Source: Prasinococcaceae sp. CCMP 1430 | Lineage: Eukaryota; Plantae; Prasinodermophyta | Direction: 5' to 3' | Assembly (NCBI GenBank): GCA_013416795.1 | Contig: RQSC01000697.1 | Span: forward strand, 1 to 38,632 | DNA: 38,632 bases | Shown: piece by piece, positions 38,053 to 38,632 of the stretch | How positions within the stretch are numbered: position 1 is the stretch's first letter | Layout: the number at the start of each line of letters is the position of its first letter | The notes under the pieces: generated by a model | What the model was told of the DNA's origin: nothing | The model's database searches: none | What the model saw: only the letters and a program-made list of their open reading frames with translations | Program-made: the position numbers and the translations under genes

Positions 38053-38632
38053 AGTTGGCAGGGGTGCTCGACACCGAGCATGCGCCCCGCCAGCCCATGG
38101 TAGCAAGGCAAACTCGCCACCTGTTGCCTGCCTCCGCCGGCCAGCTTTTCTTTCTGTTTTCTCGGTGTCCTCGTGGGCGTCCGAATCCTCGACGAACGCA
38201 GGTCACGGGCCTCGCGGCACTCAGCGCGGTAGCCTGAGTAACGGGCGCCGTGGGCACGGAAGTGCAGGCGCTCGGCTCGATGCATCACATGGCAAGCAGC
38301 GCGGCACACCGCCCGCCACCTGTCGATGGCCCGCCCGCTCGCCCGTCGGTCTGCCCCCGCCAAAACGCGTGCGAAGGGTCCTCGAGAAACGGACGGTCGC
38401 CAGGGCGCCGTCGCAACGAGGCGTGGATGTGCGGCCTTCGTCAGGTTTTCGACGTTTTTCGCCGGCCGCGAAGTCGGCGTTTCGCAGTGCGTTGTCAACA
38501 CGCGCGCCGCTCTTTTGTTTTGCCGCGCTCTTCTGAGATCGCCGCGGGCCCGAGCGTCGCGCGCCACACCGCACACTGCACCGCACGCGCGCGCGCGCGG
38601 TGCAGGGAGCAGGGCGCCCGCGCGGGCCGTTG

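Noticed and set aside
1-38632. tRNA or rRNA genes, prokaryotic operons or contamination
   Set aside because: No cloverleaf or rRNA-like sequence was recognised. Spliceosomal introns and eukaryote-specific genes (GCP4, importin) run through the window.

Overview
Gene-dense (about 15 genes), very GC-rich eukaryotic DNA with two assembly gaps (1221-1389, 8691-9423). Short GT-AG introns with CTGAC/CTAAC branch points and a TGTAA pentamer downstream of several stop codons point to a green alga, probably prasinophyte-like (inference). Most genes are housekeeping: rhomboid protease, sulfotransferase, long-form RNase Z, TMEM87/GPR107-type receptor, histidine phosphatase, CDF metal transporter, importin-7/8, PAP2 lipid phosphatase, GCP4 and an AGMO-like hydroxylase. 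Five things stand out. (1) A 168-bp hairpin-rich element occurs three times with a 156-bp identical core, in two introns and one upstream region, with no clear TIR or consistent TSD. (2) An intronless NLR-like STAND gene has a putative helical effector domain, NB-ARC-like P-loop, TPR array and C-terminal membrane segment. (3) Two paralogous Pro/Thr/Lys-rich repeat genes flank a sulfotransferase; the complete one is secreted and has an acidic block followed by a long polybasic KRPT/KRPS array. (4) The CDF gene has a tandemly duplicated 21-nt ATG micro-exon. (5) The right end holds a Myb-like orphan followed by a possibly degenerate PHD-finger ORF. All assignments come from reading motifs by eye; no database search was run. 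Most long ORFs in the supplied track are GC-rich shadow frames.
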